Positions 1-12,859 of a stretch of 64,000 nt of DNA are shown here, in pieces. Under the pieces are notes generated by a model. It had not been told where the DNA came from. It searched no databases and saw only the letters and a list, made by a program, of their open reading frames with translations. This stretch comes from Pristiophorus japonicus (lineage: Eukaryota): the NCBI RefSeq assembly GCF_044704955.1, contig NW_027252668.1:5704001-5768000 (forward strand), read 5' to 3'. A program made the position numbers and the translations under genes. Position 1 is the first letter of the stretch. Every line of letters starts with the position of its first letter.

Positions 1-460
1 GGAGAAGAAATTCCTTCTCAACTCGGCTTTAAATTGGCTCCCCCGTATTTTGAGGCTGTGCCCCCTAGTTCTCGTCTCCCCAACCAGTGGAAACAACCCC
101 TCTGCCTCTATCTTGTCTATCCCTTTCATTATTTTAAATGTTTCTATAAGATCACCCCTCATCCTTCTGAACTCCAATGAGTAAAGACCCAGTCTACTCA
201 ATCTATCATCATAAGGTAACCCCCTCATCTCCAAAATCAGCCTCGTGAATCGTCTCTGTACCCTCTCTAAGGCTAGTATATCCTTCCTTAAGTAAAGTGA
301 CCAAAACTGCACGCAGTACAGGTGCGGCCTCACCAATACCCTATACAGTTGCAGCAGGACCTCCCTGCTTTTGTATTCCATCCCTCCTGCAATGAAGGCC
401 AACATTCCATTCACCTTCCTGATTACCTGCTGCACCTGCAAACTAACTTTTTGGGATTCA
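1..460 (-). mobile_element. CR1 LINE, 3' part of ORF2 (runs off window start), interrupted by Tx1 insertions
   Basis: Reverse complement closely matches the CR1 at ~53410-53870; breaks at ...TTTTGGGATTCA (460) and resumes at 3640. Confidence 0.9.
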
Positions 461-670
461 TTTGTTTTAATTGCCGGTGCTTTTAGTGTCCCCTTCCCTT
501 TTATAGGGGGCACTGGGGAAAAATTGTGATTTTAGTGCCCAAAAAAAAACCAAAAAAAAAAGACAAACAAAAAAAAAGGAAAAAAAGGGCCTTGTAAATG
601 TCTGGTGTGTCATCCAGGTTGGGTGGCACAGATAAATGTTTTATGTTTTGCAGGTAGACTCTAAAAGAGT
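461..670 (+). mobile_element. Tx1-clade retrotransposon, 3'UTR-only copy
   Basis: Colinear with 3421-3639 (hairpin, A-rich tract, terminal AAAAGAGT); followed by target sequence TTCATGCACAAGGAC (671-685). Confidence 0.85.
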
Positions 671-685
671 TTCATGCACAAGGAC

Positions 686-3400
686 GGCTCTCTCGTCTCG
701 GATCCGGAGGGCGTCAACAACAGGGCCCATGAATATTACGGGGCTCTGTTCTCTCCGGATCCGTCCAGCGAGGAAGCGCGTAGAGTTTTGTGGGAGGACA
801 TGCCGAAAGTCAGCCCGGAGGGTGCCGAAAATCTGGAAGCTCCGCTAAGCCTGGCGGAGCTGACCGGTGCCCTCGACCGGCTCTCGAGGGGAAAATCCCC
901 GGGGCTGGACGGGCTGACCGTGGAGTTCCACAGGGCATTCTGGAACGTCCTGGGGGGCGACTACGCGCGGGTCCTGGGGGAATGTCTGGCGACCGGGGAG
1001 ATGACCCTCTCTTGGCGCAGGGCAGTCATCGTCCTGCTGCCTAAGAAGGGCGATCTCCGCCTCCTTAAGAACTGGCGCCCGGTCTCCCTCCTCAGCACGG
1101 GCTACAAAATCTTCGCCAGGGCGATGTCTGCTCGCCTTGGTGCCATGCTGGACCACATGATCCACCCCGACCAGTCCTACACGGTCCCGGGCCGGACAAT
1201 CCACGACAACATCCATCTGGTCCGGGACCTCATCCATCATTCCCAGGAGGCTGGTCTGTCGGTCGCCTTCTTATCCCTCGACCAAGAGAAGGCGTTCGAC
1301 AGGGTGGATCACGACTACCTGCTCAGAACTCTGCGCGCTTTCGGGTTCGGGACGCATTTCGTCGCCCGGATCCGACTTTTGTACGCCGCCGCGGAGTGTC
1401 TGATTAAGGTTAACGGGTCCTTGACGGCGCCCCTTCGCTATAGGAGAGGGGTGCGCCAGGGATGACCCATGTCCGGCCAGTTATATGCCATCTGCGTGGA
1501 GCCTTTCCTGCGCCTCTTGCGGACGAGGTTGACGGGACTGGCTCTGCAAGGGCCGGGTGTGGAGGTCGTCCTTTCGGCTTACGCCGATGACGTGCTCCTC
1601 GCGGTAGAGGATCCCGCTGACCTGCGGAGGATGCGTGAGTGCCAAGAGATTTACTCGGCTGCATCCTCCGCCAGAATCAACTGGGAGAAATGTTCCGGAC
1701 TCCTGGTGGGTCAGTGGCGGGTGGACTCCCTGCCAGAGGAGCTCAGGCCTTTTGCCTGGAGCACGACCCATCTCCTCTATCTGGGAGTCTACCTTAGCCC
1801 CGACGAGGGAGCCTGGCCGGCAAACTGGCAGGAGCTGGAGGCCAAGGTCGCCGCTCGCCTAGGGCGCTGGACAGGACTGCTCCGAGTGCTGTCCTACAGG
1901 GGTCGAGCGCTAGTCATAAACCAGCTGGTGGCCGCAATGTTGTGGTACCGGCTGGTCACTTTGACCCCTCCCCCTGCGTTTGTCGCCAAGATACAGAAGA
2001 AGCTGGTGGACTTCTTCTGGAACAACAGGAAGCACTGGGTCTCTGCCGCGGTCCTGAGTCTCCCGCTTGAGGAGGGCGGTCAGTCGTTGGTGTGCGTCAG
2101 CGCCCAGCTCGCGACTTTCCGTCTTCAGACCCTGCAGAGATACCTTTACGTCGAGCCCCCTCCTAGGTGGTGTGCTCTGGCGAGGTATTTCTTCCGCCAG
2201 CAGCTCGACCTCAATTATGACACGCAGCTCCTGTTTGTGAACTTGGGGGGTGTCAGGACCGCCCTCCGGGAGCTGCCTGTCTTTTACAGGGAACTCATCA
2301 GGGTCTGGAACAAAGTCTCCACCAAGCGCAGCTCTCCGCCGGCTGGAGTGGCGGCCGTCCTGCAGGAACCGCTGCTCGGGAATCCGTACCTCCGCGACCG
2401 AGGTTTTATGTGGCGGTCGGAAGAGAGGGCTGTGGCTGGTGAGGTGACCAGGGTCAGGGCCCTGCTCGATGGCGGAGGAGCGGGCGGGATGGCACCAGGC
2501 ATGCTGGCGCGGCGTCTAAATTCAGCCGATGTCCGCCGCGCGGCCAAAGCCATCGAGTCGCTAAAAACAGCTTTGGGCCCTGACTCCGTTAGGTGCATCG
2601 AGGAGGCTCAAGCACGTGGGGAGATCCCGTCCGAACTGACCCCCGTCCGGACGGAATTCCTCATTGGCGCCAAACCCCGGAACCTCCCTCGGGGGCCGGC
2701 GCCTCACAACTTGAGCCGCCTCGGGGAAATCCCCTCCGTGCCTTTCAGTTCCGCGCGGAGGGGTTTCCTGTACGGGCTGCTCCTGCATACTCTCAACTTT
2801 GCCATCCTCGCCTGCCGTCCGGACACGCCATGGCATGCCATCCTGCCGTCCGGAGGAGGCGGGGGTCCCCGATGGAGGGCACTCTACGCAGGGGTCCTCC
2901 CACTATTCATCGGGGACTTGGCCTGGAGGGTGGTGCACGGAGCAGTGCCGTGCAACAAATTTTTAAGCCGGTTCATGGACTCCCAGGCCGCCTGCAATTT
3001 CTGCGGTCTGGAGGAGTCCGTGTTCCATGTTTTTATTGAGTGCAAGAGGTTGCAGCCCCTGTTTCATTATTTAAAGGGGCTGCTCCTGAAATTCTGGCTG
3101 CACTTCAGTCCCACTCTCTTTGGGCACCCTGTGCGGAGGGGAGTGGGTAGGTCCGAGGGCCTCCTCATAGGACTGCTCCTGGGCACGGCCAAGAGTGCCA
3201 TCAGCCGGTCCAGGCAGCGGGCGGTCGAGGGGGTCGTTCAACCTGAATGCCTGCCTCTCTTCCGTTCTTACATCCGGTCCATGGTGTCCTTGAAGATGGA
3301 GCACGCGGTGTCCACCGGTACGCTCGCGGCCTTCCGCGAGAGGTGGGCACCGGAGGGACTGGAGTGCACCATCACGCTCGGCAACCAAATTTTTATTTGA
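686..3400 (+). pseudogene. Tx1-type ORF2 (RT + C-terminal Cys/His knuckle), endonuclease missing, one in-frame stop
   Basis: KSPGLDG, NWRPVSLL, LDQEKAFDRV, GVRQG*P (TGA 1463-1465), AYADD, YLG, CNFC..ESVFH...EC. Confidence 0.9.
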
Positions 3401-3639
3401 TTTTGCGTTTTAAAGTTTAATTTGTTTTAATTGCCGGTGCTTTTAGTGTCCCCCTCCCTTTTTATAGGGGGCACTGGAGGAAAAAAAAAAAATTGGATTT
3501 TAGTGCCCCCAAAAAAAAAGAAAAACACAAAGAAAAAACACAAAAAAGAAAAAAATGGGCCTTGTAAATATCTGGTGTGTCATCCAGGTCGGGTGGCACC
3601 GATTAATGTTTATGTTTTACAGGTAAACTCCAAAAGAGT
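686..3639 (+). mobile_element. Tx1-clade (L1 group) non-LTR retrotransposon, 5'-truncated, ~15-bp TSD
   Basis: ORF2 RT and C-terminal domains plus 3'UTR; direct repeat TTCATGCACAAGGAC at 671-685 and 3640-3654. Confidence 0.9.
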
Positions 3640-3700
3640 TTCATGCACAAGGACCCCCAGGTCCCTCTGCACCACAGCATGTTGTAATTTCTCCCCATTC
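3640..3700 (-). mobile_element. Continuation / truncated 5' end of the CR1 at 1-460
   Basis: Reverse complement of 53322-53382; the homologous site in unit 2 (~36420) is empty. Confidence 0.85.
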
Positions 3701-3816
3701 AGCCGTCTTCACAAAGCAATCCTGCAAAAACATCGTAGGGACGAGGGAGTGGGAGTTTTTGCTGGGACCGCGCAGGAGTTAATATCTGACAGAAAATGTT
3801 CGAGATTAGTTTAGTG

Positions 3817-4065
3817 AGAGAAACTTCTTCACCCAGAGAGTGGTGAACCTGTGGAATTCTCTACCACAGAAAGTTGTTGAGGCCAATTCACTAAATATAT
3901 TCAAAAAGGAGTTAGATGAAGTCCTTACTACTAGGGGGATCAAGGGGTATTGCGAGAAAGCAGGAATGGGGTACTGAAGTTGCATGTTAAGCCATGAACT
4001 CATTGAATGGCAGTGCAGGCTGGAGGGGCCGAATGGCCTACTCCTGCACCTATTTTCTATGTTTC
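3817..4065 (+). mobile_element. Short CR1 3'-end insertion (unit 1 only)
   Basis: Matches 3' end of 46186-47230, ends in TTTCTATGTTTC; absent at ~36533. Confidence 0.8.
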
Positions 4066-4956
4066 GATTAGAGTCAAACACTCGGTCACTGAGAGTAATA
4101 TCGAAGTGGATAATCAAGAGGTTATATGTAGGGAGGAACTTATTACAATCACTATCATGAATGAAGTAGTACTCGGTGAAATAATGGGACGAAAGACAGA
4201 CAAGTCGCCTGGAATTGATGGCTTACATCCTGTGGTCTTATGAAATGTGGCTGTAGAGATAGTGGATGCATTGTTTGTAATCTATCAAAATTCCCTGGAT
4301 TCTGGGGTGGTCCCAGCAGATTGGAAAACCGCAAATGTAACACCCTTATTTAAAAAAGGAGGCAGACAAAAAGCAGGAAACTATCACCCAGTTAACCTAA
4401 CATGTATCATTGGGAAAATGCTGGAGTCCATTATTAAGGAAGCAGTAGCAGGACATTTGGAAAAGCATGATTCAATCAAGCAGAGTCAGCATGTTTTTAT
4501 GAAAGGGAAATCATGTTTGACAAATTTGCTGGAGTTCTTTGAGGATGTAATGAGCAGGGTGGATAAGGGGGAACCAGTGGATGTGGTGTATTTCGATTTT
4601 CAGAAGGCATTCGATAAAGTGCCACATAAGAGGTTACTGCACAAGATAAAAGCTCACGGGATTGGGAATAATATATGCTTGGATAGAGGATTGACTAACG
4701 AACAGAAAACAGAGTCGAGATAAATGGGTCATTTTCCGGTTGGCAAACAGTAACTAGTGGGGTGTCGCAGGGATTGGTGCTGGGTACTCAACTATTTACA
4801 ATCAATATTAATGACCTGAATGACGGGATCGAGTTTAATTTAGCCAAGTTCGCCGATGATACAAAGATGGGTGGGAAAGCAAATTGTGAGGAAGACACAA
4901 AAAATCTGCAAAGGAATATATAGACAGGCTAAGTGAGTGAGCATATATGTGGCCCA

Positions 4957-5062
4957 TAAGAACATAAGAAATAGGAGCAGGAGTAGGCCATATAGTCCCT
5001 CGAGCCTGGTCCGCCATTTAGTGTGATCATGGCTAATCCTATCATGGACTCAGGTCCACTTC
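4957..5062 (-). mobile_element. Nested antisense CR1 3'-tail fragment
   Basis: TAAGAACATAAGAAATAGGAGCAGG tail inside the host CR1; also at ~37405-37518, where it is flanked by CAGAT repeats. Confidence 0.7.
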
Positions 5063-5767
5063 CAGATGGAGTATAATGTGGGAAAATGTGAGGTTATCCA
5101 CTTTGGCAGAAATAATAGAAAAGCAAATTATAATTTAAATAAAGAAAAATTACAAAGTGCAGCAGTACAAAGCGATCTGGGGATCCTTGTGCATGAAACA
5201 CAAAAAGTTTGCATGCAGGTACAGCAAGTAATCAGGAAGGCAAATGTAATGTTGGCCTTTATTGCAAGGGGGATAGAGTATAAAAACAGAAGTCCTGCTA
5301 CAACTGTACAGGGTATTGGTGAGGCCACATCTGGAGTACTGTGTACAGTTTTGGTCTCCGTATATAAGGAAGGATATACTTGCATTGGAGGCTGTTCAGA
5401 GAAGGTTCACTCAGTTGATTCCGAAGATGAGGCCAATGACTTATGAGGATAGGTTTGAGTAGATTGGGCCTAAAAACATTGGAGTTCAGAAGAATGAGAG
5501 GTGATCTTATTGAAACTTATAAGATAATGAGGGGACTTGACAAGGTGGATACAGAGAGGATATTTCCACTCATAGGGGCAACTAAAACTTGGGGACATAA
5601 TCTTAGAATTAGGGGCTGCCCATTTAAAACTGGGAAGAGGAGGAATTTCTTCTCTCAGAGGGTTGTAAATCTATGGAATTATCTGCGCCAGAGAGCTGTG
5701 GCGTCTGGGTCATAGAATATATTTAAGGCGGAGATAGTCAGATTTTTGAGCGATAATGGAGTAAAGG

Positions 5768-5978
5768 TGTTGTGTGTGGAGAAAGAGTCAGACTGAACAC
5801 TGTGAGCTCAAAGTAAAGTGTGACCTTCGTCTTTGATTGCAGGTCTCCAGAGTGCCTCTCCAACCTGGGAAGCCTCCTTAAATACCTGTGCTCCCAAAGA
5901 ATTATGGGATCCTTGGGACTCCAGGGGATGAGCCCTCTGGTGGCTGTATAGAGTAAATACAAGTATACAGATATAACA
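5768..5978 (-). mobile_element. Solo LTR (211 bp) inserted in CR1 3' region
   Basis: TGTT...AACA termini, 5-bp TSD AAAGG (5763-5767, 5979-5983); absent at ~38208. Strand tentatively from TATA/polyA-like motifs. Confidence 0.75.
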
Positions 5979-6554
5979 AAAGGGTTATGCGGAGCGGGCA
6001 GGGAAGTGGAGCTGAGTCCATGATCAGATCAGCCATGATTTTATTGAATGGCAGAGCATGCTCGAGGGATCAAATGGCCTACTCCTGCTCTGATCACAGC
6101 CAAGCAAGTGATAAATATGGGACACTGTTTCTCTCACTCTCTGACACTGTCCCGCAGTGTGGGATTCACAATGTGTCTGTCTCTGGTACAATATAGTGAG
6201 AGAGGAGACTTCATCTTCTGTCTCTCCAGAATAAAACGGGACTTCACAGGTCAGCCTGGAACTGATACTGTGCATGTCTTTCTGTGTCTCACCGACCTAT
6301 CTCGCACTCTCCTGTCTCTCGCTCAGACCTCTCCCCTCTCTCTGCCTCTCTGTTGCTATCCGCTCTCTCTTGTACTGGTTGTGAAGGCGGGATACTGTTA
6401 TTTAGCGTGATGTGGAAACACTGTTGGATGTGCAAGACGGATAATGTCTCTGTTTCTCTCTCTGGTGCAATACGTGAAGGTGTAGCACTGTTACTGAGCG
6501 TATTATGGAGACACTGATACAAAGTGTAAAACTGATACTGCATCTGTCTGTGTC

Positions 6555-7028
6555 TGGGCGACCAACATCCTCAAGGTTGTGGCCGATGGCAAGGATCGCA
6601 GAGGAATGTCCTTGGCCACGATAAATAAGGCTCTGGCGGCCAAAGGCGTGGATGTGGAGAAGCGCGCGTCCAAGATAAGATTCAGTATTAAGAGTAATGT
6701 GATGAATGGCTCCCTGAAGCAGATCAAGGGCACGGGCGCCTCGGGCTCCTTCAAAATCGCTAATACAGATCCCCATGAGAAAGTGGGAAAGAAGGTGAAG
6801 AAAGCAGCAGCCAAGAAATCTCCAGCAAAGAAAGCAGCAGCGAAGAAAACGAGCACCAAGAAGGCGCTAACAGCAAAAAAGACAGCGAAAGGGCCGGCTA
6901 GGAAGAAGGCGGCGGTGAAGAAGCCCAAGAGCCCCAAGAAAGTGAAGGCGGCCAAAAAGGTGGAGAACCCGAGGGTCAAGGCCACGCCCAAATCAGCAAA
7001 GGCCAAGAAAGCAGCACCCAAAAAGTAA
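6555..7028 (+). pseudogene. H1: Histone H1, 5'-deleted (promoter and first ~37 codons lost)
   Basis: Aligns to 40005-40537; fused directly to spacer equivalent to ~38837, i.e. a ~1.17 kb deletion relative to unit 2. Confidence 0.9.
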
Positions 7029-7062
7029 ATAAAATGGCAACTTCTAAACATTTAAACCCAAA

Positions 7063-7103
7063 GGCTCTTCTCAGAGCCACCCACGCCTCTCAGAAAAGAG
7101 CTG
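7063..7103 (+). promoter_or_regulatory. Histone 3' stem-loop and downstream element (H1)
   Basis: GGCTCTTCTCAGAGCC ACCCA, then AAAAGAGCTG. Confidence 0.9.
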
Positions 7104-7199
7104 ATCCCGGAATCAAATAATCCCTGTCCCGGGCTCAGATTCCAGATAGAAATCATTGAAAATGACCGCGGGATCCCTCGTGACTCGTTGGCATTGGCT

Positions 7200-7788
7200 G
7201 CACGCCCCCACCCCCCCCCCCCCCCCCAGTGTCTGCACCCGCCCCTCCCCCAGTGTCTGCACCCACCCCTCCCCCAGTGCCTGCACCCACCCCTCCCCCA
7301 GTGCCTGCACCCACCCCTCCCCCAGTGTCTGCACCCACCCCTCCCCCAGTGCCTACACCCAACCCTCCCCCAGTGTCTGCACCCACCCCTCCCCCAGTGT
7401 CTGCACCCACCCCTCCCCCAGTGCCTGCACCCACCCCACCCCAAGTGTCTGCACCCACCCCTCCCCCAGTGTCTGCACCCACCCCTCCCCCAGTGTCTGC
7501 ACCAACCTCTCCCCCAGTGTCTGCACACTCCCTCCCCCAGTGTCTGCACACTCCCTCCCCCAGTGTCTGCACCAACCTCTCCCCCAGTGTCTGCACACTC
7601 CTCTCCCCCCGTGTCTGCACCCACCCCTACCCCAGTGCCTGCACCCACCCCTCCCCCAGTGCCTGCACCCACCCCTCCCCCAGTGTCTGCACCAACCTCT
7701 CCCCCCCAGTTTCTGCACCAACCTCTCCCCCCCAGTGTCTGCACACTCCTTCCCCCAGTGTCTGCACCCATCCCTCCCCCAGTGCCTA
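7200..7788. repeat. 24-bp C-rich minisatellite, ~24 copies
   Basis: Unit ACCCACCCCTCCCCCAGTGTCTGC; 8-aa periodicity in the ORF track. Confidence 0.95.
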
Positions 7789-8356
7789 CAATAAAACACA
7801 GAGAATGGGATGTCCGGCCCGGGCCTCACTGTAACTGGGATTTGAGTCCGGCTCCAGTCTCAGTTCCTGGTCATTGTCATTTCACAGATTCAGGGGGAAG
7901 AGTCTCTGTGAGACGATGGGACTGGCGGCGATATCTCGCCTCACAACTCAAACCCCAAACTCCAGATTCTCCAAATCAGCTGGAATAAGGTGTTTGTAAA
8001 GTGCTGAACCGGTCTGTGAGAGGAGATGGAATAGTCTGAGATTGATAGCGAACGGACTATATAGGCGGGAATATTCCTGATTGTGAATTGTACCGGGACC
8101 TTATTTAAAAGCTTCTGGTCCCTGGAAGCCTTGAATATGAATTCCGAGTCTGGGCTTGTGCGGAGCGCTGTGTATCGGTTGTATTGTGGAGAAAACAATT
8201 TGAAATTGGCGGTTGCAGAAAGCTGGAGGTGGAGCTGGAAGATCAGAGGCGGCGCTCTGCTCTGTCTCTCAATCTTGATTCTGTCTCCTCCCCTGCCGCG
8301 CTATCTGTTTCACCTCTCACTCTGTCTCCTCCCCTTCCCGCCTCTCTCACTCTGCG

Positions 8357-8393
8357 CTTTCTCAGTCAGGTCGGGGCCGGCTCTTTAAAAAAG
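8357..8393 (+). promoter_or_regulatory. H4 promoter: subtype element and TATA-like box
   Basis: CTTTCTCAGTCAGGTCGG resembles the vertebrate H4 site II element; TTTAAAAA here versus TATAAAAA in unit 2. Confidence 0.55.
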
Positions 8394-8437
8394 GAGCCAG
8401 GAGCAGTTGGTTCGTCATTCAGCGACAGTTTGAGTGA

Positions 8438-8758
<321 letters not shown>

Positions 8759-8889
8759 ACAACTCCACCCTTTCCACCCAGCACAACACCAAGGCTCTTT
8801 TAAGAGCCATCCACCGCCTCACAGAGAGCAGTGACCTGGGGATGGCAGTGTGGACAGTTTTGTTGGGAAATTATTTCAGCTATTTAATT

Positions 8890-8985
8890 AAAGGAAAGAA
8901 AGACATGGATATATATAGCGCCTTACACGGCCATCGGACTTCTCAAAGCCAATGAAGTACTTTTGCAGTGCAGTCGCTGTAGGAA
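8890..8985 (-). mobile_element. Degenerate 3' tail of SacSINE1-like SINE
   Basis: Similar to 12860-12940 (GGAT.TATATAGCG...CCAATGAA.TACTTTT). Confidence 0.5.
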
Positions 8986-9486
8986 TATGGGAACTATTAA
9001 ATATTTTAGAACAATAGTTTAATATGAGATCAGAAACTCCACGTGTCCCGGTCACAATCAGCGGGCGGGGATACACAGTCTCCCCTCAGATAATCCTGTC
9101 ATGTTGTGAGCTTTGTGTGAGAATCGGTGAAACGGGCGGGATGGATGCGGGACTTTGTGTTTACAGGATGCAGTGACCGGGGAATTATTCCCGCCCGCTA
9201 CAGACCCATCAGGGAATGGGACAGAATTTAAACCGGAATGTTGAAGAGAATGGGATTGGTGATTTATAATGGGGCACCATCGAGGTTATAAAGAGCCGGA
9301 TTCTTAAATTGCTGGCGGGAAATTAGAGTTTCTTTAATCTCTGTTCGTTGAGACTCTGAAATTGGCGGGCTGTTTGAAATTGACGAACTTGTCAGTTTCA
9401 TTTCAGTCAATCATGGCCCAGTAATCCCCGCCCTTCCCTTTCGCTCTCGGTGATTGGTTGAAACATGATTGGCGGTCGGGTTATGA

Positions 9487-9990
<504 letters not shown>

Positions 9991-10582
9991 ACTCCTGCCC
10001 AGGCTCCAAGTTTTAGCACCAAGTGCAACAACGGCTCTTTTCAGAGCCACCAAATCAGCAAAGGAAAGAGTTGCGACCGGCCCCAGGCAAACTATCCTGT
10101 GTGCACGTCTTGTAGTGTTACTATAACTGGGGCTTTATGTAGTGCAGGCGGTGAATATTTGACGGTGCGGCGTTGCTCCAGGTTTTAATCTGAGTCAGAT
10201 GCCCAATGTGGGTCGCTAACTATCAAGTGGGAGAGCTGATAGTGTATTGATCCCACTGCACATACCGGGACAGATTCCAGAGAGGGGACGAACTGCCTGT
10301 AATCTGTATCTGATCTTTACGCAAATTAAAAAGAGTAAAAGTCCGCATGGATCAATGTGTTCAAATGTATACATTTCTCCCTGTGGAATAATTGCCCATC
10401 AACCGCTCATTCCTTTATACTCGGCTCTTATGATCCGTTTCATATTCGGCTGTCCCAACATGTTTTGTATTAAATTAGATCAGGGACAATTGTGATCCAC
10501 AAAACAGAAAGCAGCCTTTTCACAGACAATGTGGGTGGCTCTGAAAAGAGCCTTTGGGTTATTAGATTAAATCCTGTCCGCT

Positions 10583-11149
<567 letters not shown>

Positions 11150-11979
11150 TTACTGTCTCCAACAGTCAGAATATCGATTTTTAATTCAAAAACACCAAGA
11201 AATTTTAAATAGCGGATTATGGTAATATCAATTCACCATTAGTCAAAGATTTCCCAACACGTTTTAATTAATTTTTTCTTTTACATATTCCCCTTGCAAG
11301 TTCCATGCTGCTACATTCAGGATTAAATTCGGGTACTATTTCAAACTGTCTAATGGGCGGGAATCAATCCCCACCAATTCTGTAAAGGGACACATTCCAA
11401 CTCAATCTTTGTAAAAGTTGGGTTTCACAGATTATCGATCGATCCCCTGCAAAGGCGGGAGTGAGCCCAGAACTGGGAATCCTTCTGTGAAGAGAAGAGG
11501 GACAGAGAGTTCAAGCTGCCCCGGTTCTCGTCTCTGTAAGAACTCCCATTCTGGGTTGTTACACTGCGGGGAGTGTCGGCTTAATAAACGGACTGACCCG
11601 CGACAGGAATTGAAAAATAAACTTGAAAAGGGGTTGCGAGAGAGAATGTGTGACTGAAATCTGAGTCTTAGCCCCTTAACAAGCTATTAATTCGGCAGGC
11701 GGTGTAAATGAACGTATCTGAGAGCAAAGGGAAACATCGACCAGGGACCGTATTTGTAGTTGGCGGAAAATTCCAGCGACGCTAAGGTGGAACCGGACCG
11801 TGAAACTGATATCTGAAAATTCAAAACTAAATCTATAGCTGGAAGTGTAAAACTTCTCAAATATACTTGTTCAGGAAATAATTACAGTAAACAGAGTGCA
11901 GCTCTTTCAGAGAGGTTGTGGGTGGCTCTTAAAAGAGCCGTTGTGTTTGGGGTTTGATCTGTCAGGACAGCGGGCAGTC

Positions 11980-12359
11980 TCACTTGGAGCTGGTGTACTT
12001 GGTCACCGCCTTTGTCCCTTCCGACACGGCGTGCTTGGCCAGCTCCCCGGGCAGCAGCAGGCGCACGGAGGTCTGGATCTCCCGGGAACTGATGGTGCGG
12101 CGCTTGTTGTAATGAGCCAGGCGGGAAGCCTCACCCGCGATGCGCTCGAAAATATCGCTCACAAACGAGTTCATGATGCCCATGGCCTTGGAGGAGATGC
12201 CGGTGTCGGGGTGAACCTGCTTCATCACTTTGTAGATGTAGATGGCGTAAATCTTCTTCCTCGACCTTTTCTGCGCCTCTTGCCGCTCTTCGCTGGGATT
12301 TTCTTGATTACTTTCTTAGCGCTTTTCTTGGCTAGATCTGTTTTCTTTTCGTCAGCCAT
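11980..12359 (-). pseudogene. H2B: Histone H2B with +2 frameshift
   Basis: 380 nt versus 378 in unit 2; CCTTTTCTGC (~12265-12274) versus CCTTCTGC; stem-loop at 11924-11939 intact. Confidence 0.85.
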
Positions 12360-12409
12360 CGACTCGTTCAGTCAGGCGCAGATTTGGGGAAACTCTGCTC
12401 CGAGCCCGC

Positions 12410-12545
12410 ATTATATCGGCAGCCCCACACTCCGCCCACAGCCCTATGCTAATGAGGGATGGGCGAAGGCAATGGTTGTGATTGGCTTGTCGATATCCAT
12501 TGTTCAGTATCTCTCTGATTGGATGTTTAAAGAAACCAATCAAAT
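12410..12545 (-). promoter_or_regulatory. H2B promoter (TATA, GC box, octamer-like H2B box, CCAAT)
   Basis: Minus strand TATAAT, GGGCGG, CCTCATTAGCATAGG (H2B octamer-box like) and CCAAT boxes. Confidence 0.7.
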
Positions 12546-12859
12546 TTGTTGCTCGCCACAATCTCAAATTCTTGAATGAGGTCATCAGTTACAACACCTC
12601 CTGATTTATATCTGTTCTTTATGTGTTTCTGTTCTGCTTTCAGGCAAAAATCTTACGAAGAAGGTTCATACATTTTTTCCTATAATATATATATTTTAGA
12701 ATCTGAACAGCAAACTCGCTGCTCTGTTTGCCGATCTCGATTTCTACATGTTCAACAGACATTGACCGCTTTCTACCCGAGATTGACTGAGGGTGACTTC
12801 TGGTCAGGAATCTCCCAGTTTATCAATCGTCGGGATTTAATATTAAGTAGAAAAATACT

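Larger units (their letters stand above)
4085..6090 (+). mobile_element. Degenerate 5'-truncated CR1 LINE (shared with unit 2)
   Basis: ORF fragments KSPGIDG, ANVTPLFKKG, DFQKAFDKVPH, FADD; paralog at 36545-38337. Confidence 0.9.

Noticed and set aside
3625-3641. Tx1 terminal hairpin resembling an antisense histone stem-loop
   Set aside because: Lacks the GGC/GCC base and ACCCA flank and is on the wrong strand; likely coincidence.
6579-7028. 149-aa H1 ORF, 82-aa H4 ORF at 41470 and 82-aa H2B ORF at 11980-12228 as functional short variants
   Set aside because: Each begins downstream of an evident lesion (H1 and H4 at GTG codons); treated as pseudogenes.
7052-7988. Pro-, Cys- or Gly-rich ORFs in all six frames
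   Set aside because: By-product of the 24-bp minisatellite; nearly absent in unit 2.
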